From positions 1,712,332 through 1,776,331 of the forward strand of contig OZ199840.1 of the NCBI GenBank assembly GCA_964304625.1: a stretch of DNA of 64,000 bases, given 5' to 3'. The notes below the pieces were generated by a model, which worked only from the letters and a program-made list of their open reading frames with translations, had not been told where the DNA came from and did no database searches. Positions 1 through 13,020 of the stretch are shown here, piece by piece (positions within the stretch are counted from its first letter, which is position 1; each line of letters opens with the position of its first letter). This stretch comes from Kudoa neothunni (lineage: Eukaryota > Animalia > Cnidaria). Position numbers and translations under genes: made by a program.

Positions 1-3000
1 CACTGGTATCGACCCTTACTCTCGAAGGAGTGTATGGGAACTTATCATTAAATTTAAAAAAGGTTATTCGATTTTTCAAAAATATTACTTATTATCGTCT
101 CTTATAGACAGAACGATTCTCCTCACCACTCATCGTATGGATGAGGCTGATATCCTAGGCAGTAAAGTGGTATTTCTTTCAAATGGCAGGATATTTACAC
201 AAGGAACTCCATTCGATCTTAAGCAAAAATATGGAGGAGGGTTGAAGATCACCTTGAATAAGGCAATGATTTGTCTTAATTAATTATATAAATTTTTAAA
301 ATTATTATATGTCAAATATTATAACATATGATAATTAAATAAAGAGTATTAATATTATATTTAGACCACCGATTGGACCAAGAGTCAGACCAATTATATG
401 TTAAATAAATTTAACATATTTGTTCCAAACACAAAGTTTCTTAGATGCGGTAGGAATGATGCTGTCTTTGAGTTGGAAAAGAATGCGGAAAAATTCCCAA
501 ATTTTATCGAATTACTGGATCACCTTGATTCGAATATGGGGTTTTTTCAAATAAAAGGATACGGGTTGGATGCCCCATCATTAGAAGACGTGTTTATTAA
601 TTTGAAAACGCTTCAGAAGGGAGAACTTGTCTCGGGAATAACTCATAATCATCGAATATATAATAAAGGTTCACATGATGAAAATTATTTGACTAATAAT
701 AAGACATATCACGTAAGTCCGGTAGTCGACGAGATTACTAACATGGAAGATTGTTCGCCTTCAGAAGATGAAGAAATTTTTCCAGAACCCCCAGATAAAA
801 AGGCTAAATTAGATTATAGTCAACATGGTTGTCCGTGTGGCTCATCCGCCGTCTCAAGGAACGGAATGTGTCATATTTTTAGAATGTTTATGATCATTTT
901 TAAAATAAGATCCATAAGATTCCTTCGAGATTGTCGAATGGCTGTTTGCAACCTCATTTTACCTGCTATTTTTATTGCTATGTCATGTCTTATTGTGTTC
1001 GCCAATTCCAAAGTAGGAACAGAACCCACACTGTCTTTAGATATAACGTCGACGATCAAACTACCTCAAACTTTTGTGATTAATCACCAAAATCTAAAAA
1101 ATGAAGATTCAAAATCGTTATTAAATACATTTAAAGAATATTACACAAATAATGGTTCCAATAAATAAATTAACTAAAAATAATTTCCATTTTTAGATAA
1201 TAGACTATTTCCAGTTGTGAGGGATTGTTTGGCAACCGACGTTCATCAATTTAGCGGCTTTGTTAATGAACACAATGATCGAAGATTAGAAGATGATTCG
1301 TATAAACGTTCTCGAATGCTAGAACCTTATGATAATTGCTGTTTCATTTGGGCTGATGAATGTCCCCTTGATTCCTATCTAATGGAGAGTCAGTCTTTGT
1401 ACGAGAGACAAAGGTTAATGTTGAATGAAACATAATATTAGAATTTATTTATATGATATTTGAATATAATTTATTATCTAATAAATTCATTCTTTAGGCC
1501 GTTCTCAATATCCTTTAATAATAACTTTAATCGCGATTATGGAGATATCGAATTATCCACATATGTAAACATTAGAATTCGATTCCTTTTTCGCTATAAC
1601 AATTAATTTAGATACAATATGATTATTATATGCTTCATTCTTCCACGATGGGTTTAAACTTTTTGAATAATATGATTTTTAAACATAACTGTAATGAAAA
1701 TGGTTTCAAGTGTCAACATTACTCAATAAAAGGCTATATTCAGAAGCTGTTTAATGAGCCATATGACCGTAGTAATGCTCTCGAGTATGATTTTTTCATT
1801 AACAACATAATCGATAATATTCAATTTTTTAATACTTATGTTTTAGTTGTCATTATTTATAATTCTGACAGTTTAAATGCATTAGTTTTATTCATAGACG
1901 ATTTCTGGTGTAAAATGACATTAATTTTTAAATCATAGTTATTAATAAAAATATTAACATGGATTTATCTTGTTAATATAATTAATCCGCTTTTGGTAAG
2001 ACCAAACATTTGGGGAATGCTTTTATTTTCATATATTAAAATATTTTGCTGCATAATGATATATAATATTTTTTAAAAGAGTTACTTTCGTTGAAGAAAA
2101 TGAATGCATAATAATTTTTAATAAACCTATGGTTTTCCCATAAAAACTAGATATATATTGATTTTTCATTGAAACTATATATTTGTCTTTTATATAATGC
2201 TAAAAATTATTTCCATAAAAATATATTCATGTATTAAATTAACAAATTTAATTGTTAATAAATAGGTGATGGTCTCAACAATAATGTTATTCATCGATAA
2301 AAAATGATGGTTATAAAATATTTTAAAGTTTTAGAAATTATTTTATTTTAATAAAATTTTAATATTCCAGTGATTTAAATTTTAAATATTTATTTAAGTT
2401 TTAAGATTGATATTTTTTAAATCCATAAATAAAATGAATTATTTTTTATAGATAATTTTATTTATCTTCAGGTCAATAATCAATAAAAAAATACTTTAAT
2501 TTTTTTGATACTTAGTTACATCATCAAATTTTTTATTTTTATTAATATAAGTTTAAATTATTGTATTTATTTTTTTAATGGGCAGAAAATGAAATATAAT
2601 GATTTTGTATTTATGTGTGTTGTTGAATGTATATTTTATTCGATTAAGCTCTATTTATTTTAAATAACGTAATACATACTTGATTTCTTTTTTATGTTAA
2701 ATGTATTTAAAATGAAAATAATATTTGAATTTAAATTACATATAATAAATAATTTATTCATATAAAAATAAGTTTATAAAAGATTAATTAATAATATTTG
2801 GAACAATTGTTAAATATTTTAAGATGACTTAATTTTGGATATATAGTTTTTTTCAAATAATATAAAATTATATAATAATATTTCTACATAGTTGAATAAT
2901 AAATATGTATTAATGTCGAAATATTCGATAGCTCAAAACTTCAGAACTACATGTCAGCAGGAATATTTTTGGGTATTGCTTTTGGCTTCATGATTTCGTC

Positions 3001-5360
3001 ATATTGCTTGTTTGTGATTGAAACCCGCGCTTCTAACTTACGTCATCTTTTTACAATGTACGGAATGAACACTTGGGTTTACACGATTGGAAACGCTATG
3101 TTTGACCTAGTAATATTTCAATATATCCAACATTTCTAAATCATAATAATCTAATTAGTTTACCTGCTTATTTTGTGTTTTCTTTTCCCTTTTAATGTTT
3201 AAAGTCACTGGCGTAAATTCAATGACTGGTAGCAATTCATTCCATACTATCGTACATTTTGTTTCATTCGCGTAAAAAGAATTCTAAAGGGCTTGATTCT
3301 TATTTTATACATATAGATACGCAACAATTCCACAGATGTATGTACTTTCTTATTTATCCAATTCTGCTGTCTCGGCATATATCAATTTGGGTGCATATAA
3401 CATGATATTGAGTACTGTTGGAAACTTGATATTGGGTCTGATTGAAATGACAGGCAAAGTTGTGTTCATTCAGTTCTTATATTTGCTAAAATTAAATATA
3501 GTTGAGTGCTGACGTCGTCTCTCTAATCAACTACTGTATGCTTATGGTTCCTCAACACACCTTCGTCAACTCCATTTTAAATATATATAAAAATCATTTG
3601 AGTATTGAGCTAAATCAAATGCATCGTATTTTATCGGGTTTAACTTAGTTTATAATTATTATTTATATTTTTAGCTAAATATAATTTAAAAATTTACAAA
3701 AATTATCAATTTATGTTCACAGGAAGGGCTATTCTCTCATTCGTAGCTATTGGGACTATAGGAATAATTGCTCTCATCGTGATTGAAAAAATCAGCCAAT
3801 ATCGTAGAAGAAAATTCATCAAGAACTCAAAAAAGTATAGATTATTATCCTCAATTATTTTATCAAGAATTTAGAAAAAATAAGCAGACAAACTACATAT
3901 CTCATGAACAATCGGAATGTGATGTTATAGAAGAGAGTGGGGTAGCAACATCCGATTCGTTACAAGACTATACGCTTAAAGCTTGCAAGCTTAAAAAAGT
4001 AAATAATTCAATAATCTTCCTTATTTATTTGACTTTTAATAATAACCACCATTCATTAAAAGGAATACTCAGGATTGCTTAAGAAAAAAGTAGTAGCTGT
4101 CAAAAATTTGTCTTTTCATTTAAAGAAAGGAGAAGTGATTTTATTGAATTATTCATTATATTCATTCATATGTTATAGTGTTTCGGCCTTTTGGGTACTA
4201 ATGGGGCAGGGAAAACTACAGCCTTCAAAATTTTAACTGGAGAACTTGGTCCTAATTCTGGATGTGTATCGTTTGGCGAAGAATCAAACGAAAAAGAGTC
4301 TTTTATGCTCATGAATTTATACATAAAATTGATGTTCATTTAGATTTTCATGTCAAAAATTATCTTATTGCCCACAGATTGATGCTTTGGATTTGTTCCT
4401 CACACCAGCTGATCATATTAGAATATTTTCTCGTTTGAAAGGATATTCCGACGATGTAACAAAGCAAGTATGTCCATAGTTTTTTTAAATTTATTGCAAT
4501 AATGTAAAACATTATTAAGATTTGCTCTAAGTTGATAAAAAAATATGACCTTATGAGTTTTTCAAATACAATGGTGAAGAATCTCAGTCTTGGAAATAGA
4601 AGGAAGTTGATGGTTTCATTATGTGAGATATCCAGACCAAAAATTATCTTCTATGATGAACCTACTGCTGGAATGGATCCAACCGCCAAGAGAAAAATTT
4701 GGGGAGCTATCCAAGGGCTTATTAAACATGGGACAAGCGTTATTCTGACCTCTCATAAGTAACGCTATTTATTATCCTCTATAATTAATGCATTTGCCTA
4801 AATTAAACGTATCTTCTAATAAGTATTTTAATTTTAGTATGAGCGAGTGCCAAGTTTTATGTGATCGATTAGGAATCTTGGTGAAAGGACAACTTGGTTG
4901 CATCGGTTCCCCTCAACATTTATCTAACAAATTTGGAGACGAATATGAAATAATTGTGAAAATTCGTTTTGGTGAAATAGATAATGTTATAGCATTATTT
5001 TCTAAATTTCTTCCGTTTGCCAATATTGAGGTATTCATGATATTACTATATCTTTTAAAAATAAAAATTGTGATCTTAATATAATTGATCTCAAATTTTA
5101 CTTAATATTCTCTAATATTAATAAAGATTAAATTTGTTAAATTTGAATAGGAAACCCACATGGAAACAATTCATTACAAAGTTCCTACTAGACAACATAC
5201 TATCAGCACAATATTCAAAGCCTTAATTAACATATCTCAACAAACTGACATTGAAAGTTTCTCGGTTAGTCAAACAAAGCTAGAAGAGGTAATATTAATC
5301 GTAAATAATTTTTTTTATTAATTTCATTAGATATTTATTAATCTATTATCAAAAAGTTAA
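1..5360 (+). CDS. ABC transporter subfamily A, 5'-truncated (end of NBD1, TMD2, NBD2), multi-exon
   Basis: Spliced translation starts [37 protein letters not shown] (NBD1 D/H-loops). NBD2 has [14 protein letters not shown] (Walker A, ~4180-4220), [21 protein letters not shown] and ILTSHSMSEC. It ends [22 protein letters not shown] at 5360. Introns include 63-107, 263-364 (GC-AG) and 1785-2931. Confidence 0.95.
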
Positions 5361-6826
5361 TTCTTCTCCAAAAATATGAAACTCATATATTAATGATTTT
5401 ATCAGTTTTATTTACATAGTTATTCGACGTTTATTCTATTAATCTTATTTATATCGCAACGCTACATTTATTTAGTTCCAGTTTTTGTATTAAAAAAATA
5501 TTACATCGCAGGGCAAACTTTGGCCTCCGGCATTTGTCGACGCATACGCGAGAGTAAAAAAGACTAATAGCTCAAATTAGGTTAGATGTTATTTATAAAA
5601 CATAGGAATTATGATTCATTATTATTTGAGTTTTTAGTTATAAGTTGTTGCAACGGCTTTAAATAAAAATAAATCATAATATGGGTGGTAATTATGACAT
5701 GTTTTTAAAGTTATTTATTTTTGTGATACTTTACTTTGGGGATCATAGGTAGGATTACACAATTGTAACATTATTTCATGTTGAGTAGAACTTTCTTGGA
5801 TTTTGATGTTTATAGTAAATGTCATTTATCCTGAATGAGCTTGCTCGAAACGGGATTGGAAACGCCTATTAAAAATTTCGGCATTGTTGGAGGTAAGTTT
5901 AATATTATTGAATATTTGATCATAGTCATTCCGCGATTCATTGTAATATTTCTTACTATTAATACAGTTTTTATTACATTATTCTAGGAAATCATCTGTA
6001 TTCATATTTTTAAATTCATTCTCGACGAAATCTTTAGGTGCAAACGCAAGTAAGGAAATATATTTGAGGTAAAAAAACAACATGATATATCATATTTTTT
6101 TTAGTTTATAAATGACAAAATTTACATTAACGTTATTATTCATTTTGTTTAATTTGTGTAATAAATTATTAATGCCCCCGCGCATGTGCCTACAAAAATT
6201 GGGAATTCCACATATTATAATTGTTATAAAATTGTATACTTATAAAAAAATTTTTTTATTTTTAATTTTTGGTGTTTACTTTAAAGGTATTTATTGTTAT
6301 ATAATTAATACTTTATCCAATATTTTTCAATAACTTTTAAATAATGACGCAACATTTTTATTTTCTCTTAATCTAATTATATTTTATTTTCTAATCAAGC
6401 AGAATGTTTTCCTGAAAATAAACGGAAAATACCGTGTAATATTTTATCATTATAGCCGAAAGCATGTTGAATACATTAAAAAAACGACTTAAGAATTTTG
6501 AAACTACATATAAGCTGTAAATTATACTTTGATTGTGTAATTTATGTAGAGTAAAACATAAATCTAAAGGGATGGGTGGTTTAAGAACTATGTCTATTCA
6601 ACAAAGTGACGTAAATCGGTTTATTAGTAATAATTTAATTTTGGATTCTAATATTATAGTGACTTCGAAATTTATTTATATAAAAAATACATTAAAAGTA
6701 TTTATAAAATTGGTTATAAAATATATTTAACACTTATTCGGTACAATATATATATATATATATTGATTTGGGGCCATTTGATTTGTTGAATAAAGCGATA
6801 TCTTTCGGAGTGGATTATCCAAAAAA

Positions 6827-9808
6827 ATGAAGAGTCAAAGTTATTATTTCGGGATTTTTCTTATTCTATACTGTAAAAATATATATTTTTACTAAAATTT
6901 TTGTGATTTTAATAGTAAAAATTTTTCTTCTAAATGCAGAAGTTGCAAGTCCTGCTCCGGTAACGACGGTTAACTCACTTTCATACAAAATTGAGAAAGT
7001 TGATGAGAATATGAGGGTCCATTTAACATTTAGTGGTGGAAGTTACTCTTCTTCACAAAAATGCTACATTAAAAAGTCTAATGAGGCTGGCGTAGCCTAT
7101 GCAGAGATCAATCCTTGCCCTGAAACTAATTCCGAGGCTGGAGACAACAAATGCGTTATAACGTGTAATGGGAGTGATAATAAATTTACATTTGACGGAT
7201 TTTCACCAAGAACAAAATATATTGAAGTTTTTGACGCGAATGGTATTACAGAAGCTGCTGGAAAAACCACCGGTGGAACTGTCCTTGGATTAGAGATACG
7301 TAAATTTATATTGTTATAATTTTTAAATAATATTTATAGCGCTTTTGGTAAATCCACAAGTTTCAGTAAGTATTACAAATGATAAAAAATTGCAATTAAG
7401 GACGAAAACATGTAAACAAGTTGCATGTCCCATATACTACAAGGGTATTCAATATGTTGCAGGGACAGCTGGGAGTAGTTGTATTGCACATAACAGTGCT
7501 AATGAAGTAGAATTTGATATAATGATACCACATTATGAAATGAAATGCGAGGGTTATCCTAGTTTCTTTTATAAATTGCGAAATAAACATACTTTGATGA
7601 ACACCGATGTTTATATACCACAGTATTATGTGACATACAGCAACACTGAAAAAACAAAATACTTACTAAAATTCACTAATAAATTTCCATTTGAAATTTG
7701 CCGGTTTGGAATTAAACTACTGTCAACTCAAATTACTTCTCAAACATCTAATGAGTACACTTCGAATTGTGGAGGGGCAAATAAACCTTGTTTTGCTCCA
7801 TGCAATAATGTGGAACTTATTTTCACAACTTCCAACAGCGTTATTGAGATATTGATTCAAACGAGATATTTCTCACTACAAAAAAATACCGACGGTAATA
7901 GTTACGACGGTTATAAACAGAAGAAATTTGGTAATTAATGAATAATTATTATTGAATCAACTATATTTAGTTGTTTCTAAAACTATTGATAGTGGCGATT
8001 CTGTTGAATTATTATCAGCTTACTCCGCTACTGGTGTTACATTAGATGTGCGTTTATTTAATCCAACTGCTAACCCAAAATTTACATCCTGTACCGTAAG
8101 TTATTACGCTGCTGATAAACCTGCATCAATTGCTACAAGTGCGATGTGTACTGTTAATACTAATGAGCAGGATTGTGCTACTACATGTACTGATGCGTTA
8201 ACAATATCACGGTTACCTAGCGGGAAACCGTATATACTTGAAATAAAGGCAGCGACAACAGAACCTTCAACTAATGGAGTCCCCTCTGCGTTTATAGAGC
8301 ATATATTTTTTAGAACGAGTAAAAATAAAAAAAACTTATTAAAAATTTAGAATCATTTAGAACAAGCCGAAGCAAACACATTTCCCGACGTTACACCAAC
8401 CTTACGTGATACGAGTTTAAGTATAAAAGCACTTGAGGTTACAATTGAAGCTTCAAAAGACGATATCACCTGTGCCTACTACCTTAGCCCTCGAGGTAAG
8501 GATGTTTACGTATGTGCAATGTGTCAAGATAGTTATCCTTGCAGAGGATACTGTAGAGAGCCTCAAACTATTATGGGATTAAGCCCAGGAACAGAGTATG
8601 ATCTTAAAATAGTTGCACACAAAGATTACGGTATCAAAGTTCACGGAATTACTACAAGTAAAAAAATGCTGATGTGAAATTAAATAAATAATTGTTAAGC
8701 AATGTCAACACTTAGACTCGAAAAGAAATTTTTGGACAAAGGTTTCAAAGTGATAGGTTCATTGTTATCGCCACATCCAACGGCTGTTTGTCATTACAAA
8801 ATAAAAGTTAAGGTAGGCGAATCATATGATTTAATACACGAATGTCCTGCAGCACCTCCAGTAGGAAACACTGAAAATGCTCCTTCAAAATCAGTACTCT
8901 CTAAAATAGGAGTGGCTAGATCGGCAAACCAACCATCAACAAATCTAACACCCACAACTACCAACGTCGCAATTCCTAATTGTCGAACATTGCCTTTATG
9001 CAACAATATCGTATTCAGTGAAGGATACGAAGCAGAAAAGGAATACCAGGTTTTAGTGACTGCTGTCGGTAGGTCCGTTGAAGTTCCAATAAATATACCC
9101 AAAAGTAATAATTTTTCATCTAAAATTATATCTATATTTACGAATAAATATACCTTTTGAAAAAAATTATCCAAATTTATTAATAAATGAATTTGTTATA
9201 AATGTAATTTACTAGTTTAATAACAAAGGTTAAATTAGACCCTCTTCTTAAATCTCCTGAGGACCCTACAAAGGAAATAGCAGTGGTGATCACACGTGTT
9301 GACAAAACTTTAAGTGTAAAAACAACACTGCCAGAAAACGTGAATTCAAATTCGGTATGCAAATGGAAATTAACAAATTCGGAGGATACTTCTAATCCGA
9401 TCGTAAAAAAATGCATGGCAATTGGTAAAGGTTGTACGGTGTTTCCTCCATGCAAAGAATTCACCATTAACGAAGTCGAAGATACCAGCAATTATCACTT
9501 GGCAGTATTTGTTAGTGGAAACGAACAAATTTATGGAATTGGGGAAATAAATCAAGGTAGCTTATTTTTATTGCTTTATCAAATTTTCAATAATATTAAT
9601 AAAAATAGGCGAAGCCTCAAACAAATCTACGTAACTTTAATATGTGAATATCATTATACATTTATTTAGATCTAAAAATTCGATGTAAAGTAACCTGGAA
9701 TTACTTTTTTTAATTATCATATTTAGAATTGTTGCAGTTATAGTTCCAGTTGCTATCGTTGTAATCGGAATTGGTTTCTACTTTGGTTACTGGAAAAATA
9801 GAAGTTAG
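6827..9808 (+). CDS. Cys-rich FnIII-like repeat type I membrane protein, paralog A (~835 aa, 10 exons)
   Basis: Exons 6827-6872, 6916-7299, 7340-7930, 7971-8318, 8361-8657, 8700-9104, 9239-9556, 9609-9630, 9670-9684 and 9727-9808 join in frame via GT-AG introns. N-terminal signal-like segment MKSQSYYFGIFLILYLKIFLLNA; FnIII-like motifs GLSPGTEYDLKIVA, LPSGKPYILEIKA, GYEAEKEYQVLVTA; C-terminal TM IVAVIVPVAIVVIGIGFYFGYW then KNRS-stop. Confidence 0.85.
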
Positions 9809-11069
9809 AGAAGTTCATATAAAGATTAATTTATAATAACTAGAATACATCTAGATAATAGAAATCATTATCTTTTATAAATTTTAACTAAAAATTTTTT
9901 CCTACTGTTTCTTATTAAAAATGAGACTAATGACATTTTAATTCATTTTAAATAATTATAATATATTTACTCAGATAACCCTAAAATACACAATGAATAA
10001 TTTTTTTGCACGTTATTTTTTCATAATTTTTTAAATATTTTCTAAAATATTAAAATCTTTTATCACTCTGCTAAATAATAACTGCACCTTTAATAAAAAT
10101 TACTAATTATGTTCCTTTACTTCCTTATAATCTTATTTTAAACTTAATATCATTTATTCATTTAAGAATAGCATTTTTACATAAAACAAAAATATTAATG
10201 TAAGAACAATAAATGTGTAATTGTATTCAAAAATTCAATAAATTTATTTTTTTATATCGTATAAATAATATAAAATTATTTTAAATAAAGTGATGAGTTA
10301 ATTATATAATTTAAGATTTCAATATATAAGATGACTGTTAACTTCCAACGACCATTACTCTGAAATAAGCGAACTTTAATCCTGTTATTATTATAAATTA
10401 TTTTGGGAAAGGTGTAATCTGCTTAACCAATTTAAATTCTATAAAATCCTCACTTTTAAATAGTTTGATAACTTTTGGAGTTTTAGTACTAAAAATATAA
10501 TTCGAACTTTATTTAATGATTAAAATTTCCATTAATGTCTTCCTTTAATATCAGAAGAAAATATTTTTACGATCCTATTTAATTATACGTAGACATATTT
10601 AGGATTTTACTTAGTAAATAGATAACATTATAATTTATAAACATTTCTGATCATTTATTAATAGCTAGAATGAATTCATATTAGTGTAGATATTTTTGTA
10701 AACTCGTATACGAAAACTTTCTAAATGAATAAATTCAACTATTTTAGTAGATTAATTCAAATAAAAATTATACCACCAATTTGATGGTAATTAAGATTAA
10801 TATATTCGAATTTTTATAATGAACTGTAAAAAAGCTTTATTCCAATTTATCAATCTAAGACTTATGCTTTACATATAAAAATAATGGATATGAATTACCT
10901 GTTGTTTCGATTTAAAATTTCGTAATTATAAGCAATGAATGAATTGAATAGGGAACACCCAAGAGTAGCAACACAATGTAAACGAAGATTTTGTTTAGTT
11001 TTGGATTTAAGTCTATGAAGTAGCTACATTACCAATATAGACCTACTTTATATATATTTTAGACAAACG

Positions 11070-11394
11070 ATGAATACTATAGAATCAAATAATCATTTAT
11101 CTCGAGCATCTGTATTGGTTATCAGTAGTGTCTGCTATTTACTATTTAGCCTGTTGGTCTTTTTAGTTGATTATTACAAAGGTGATTTACTCCATTTTAT
11201 TATTATGTGATAGTTAAGGATCGTTTCATAATTTTATAGAATATTTCCAAAAACGATTTGGTTTAAGAACCAAGAAACCTCAAACAGATTGGTCTATTAT
11301 ACCTAGAGCAGCGGATTTGAAATCAACAACCCCACGCTTGTCCGGTGTAAAAACGAATAATTCTCCCGCTATTTCAGCCGTAAATCGACCTTAA
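11070..11394 (+). CDS. Small single-TM orphan protein (~88 aa; upstream exons possible)
   Basis: ATG at 11070, exon 11070-11181, phase-1 GT-AG intron 11182-11239, exon 11240-11394 ending TAA. Translation MNTIESNNHLSRASVLVISSVCYLLFSLLVFLVDYYKEYFQKRFGLRTKKPQ...NRP: hydrophobic helix followed by basic residues. Confidence 0.55.
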
Positions 11395-11469
11395 AATAGA
11401 AAACTTTATCTCATATATAGACATATAATAAATATTTTATGAAATTTTGCGCAAATATTAAGAAGTTTT

Positions 11470-13020
11470 TTAGGGTTCTATTTCATTGTATCTTGGTGGA
11501 CGGGTGTAATTATTGAATTCCATCTTCCATATATACGTATCAAAAATTCCACCTTCAAGGATCTAAAGGTTAAATAATTATTATTTATAAAAATAAAAAA
11601 CTACCAGTCGAGAATCATTGATGAGAGTGAGCGTTTGGATTTGTTTTATAATTTCGGGTATCTGGAAAGAAATAAGATTTTTACATTGTTCACAAGAGAT
11701 TGTTTAAGTCGGTTAAAGTTTGAAAATCGGAATCGTTCAAGGGATTTTCTCATAGTATGAACATTAGGAAAGTCACCAATATGGACGCCATGTTTTTTCG
11801 ATAGCTCGACGTAGATATTACGCAAATTATCGAGTAAGTAACGTTTGGTTTCGTCTTCGTTAAAAAATGTGGTTTCGTTTTTCAAATAAGACACAATATA
11901 GGCATTAATCTACACCATAGATAAAATAACACCACCAATAAAAATTTACAATTGCAAGATGAGCTCGTTTGATGAAATCATTGATCTTACTTAGAAGGGC
12001 TGTTTTTGGTAGATTTTTAATTTCATTCAGCAGTTCTATTTGTTCATTATCGAACAGATTTGTAAATGTTTGGTTATCATAGTTGAAAATCCCTCCGAAT
12101 GTGCCGACATACACTCTGGGTGTTTCGGCCGAATTGAACAATTGTGTAAGATTCCACATAAACGAACCATAAATCCGCATCAATTGTTGGCTATTGTAAC
12201 TAGATAAATAAATAAAAATCGTAAACGTTTTATCCTTAACCACATTCACTTACATTTCAGCTTTGTTCAGCACCATTCTAACTTTGGTTAGATGGGGTGA
12301 TAGCATTTTTAGTAATTCTAACTCTTGAAATGAGAAATTGATCTTTTGACAATCAAACATGAATATAATAAGATCAGCTTTTTCTACGAACCATCGGATT
12401 GCTTGTTGATAGCTTAATTTGCGATCTTGATTGTCCTTGGCTGTGAAAATCAATCCAGGTGTATCAATCACAGTTAAACGTTCAAGAATTGGATTGTCCG
12501 ATTCGATGCATTGCATTTTTTCCAAAAAACTGTTTCCAAACTGAGCGAAATCGCTGTAACTTTTAGTACTATCACTTGCCAGTAGATTCCCAGGTATTGC
12601 TCTATTTTGCTGCCCATGAACTATTACATTAAATTGTTGGGTGGTGGGTTCTGGTCCAATTCGAGACGATTTATATTCATCATTTAACAAATAGCGAATC
12701 AGTGATGTTTTCCCTGAGCAAATCTGACCCATAATCAAAACAATTGGCACATGTGTAAATTGTTGAGGGGTTAATTTTGGCGAAATCAATCTCTGAAAAC
12801 AATAACTATTTTCCAACGGCCACAGTACAGTCTCATACAGATGGTGTAAATTGGCAAAGAACTTTTTCAAAGAGAATAAATCATGTGGTGATTCTTCTTT
12901 TAACTTGTTATTGTGCTTATTTTTGGCAGCGCCGTTACAGGTATATTGCGTAGTAGGTAGACAAAAACAACCTTTTTTCATGAGTAAGTTCCCTAATACT
13001 CCATTATCATTGTTGGCCAT
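11470..13020 (-). CDS. Divergent EHD-family dynamin-like ATPase lacking the C-terminal EH domain
   Basis: GQICSGKTS P-loop, IGPEPTT, DTPG, NKAE, QQLMRIYGSFMWNL, PRVYVGTF. Introns 12200-12253, 11910-11949 and 11563-11604, plus a 23-nt intron or 1-nt frameshift at 11662-11684. The last exon ILEGGIFD...EIEP-TAA stops before any EH domain. Confidence 0.85.

Noticed and set aside
5680-6070. Possible small spliced gene downstream of ABCA
   Set aside because: I could not join the candidate exons without stops.
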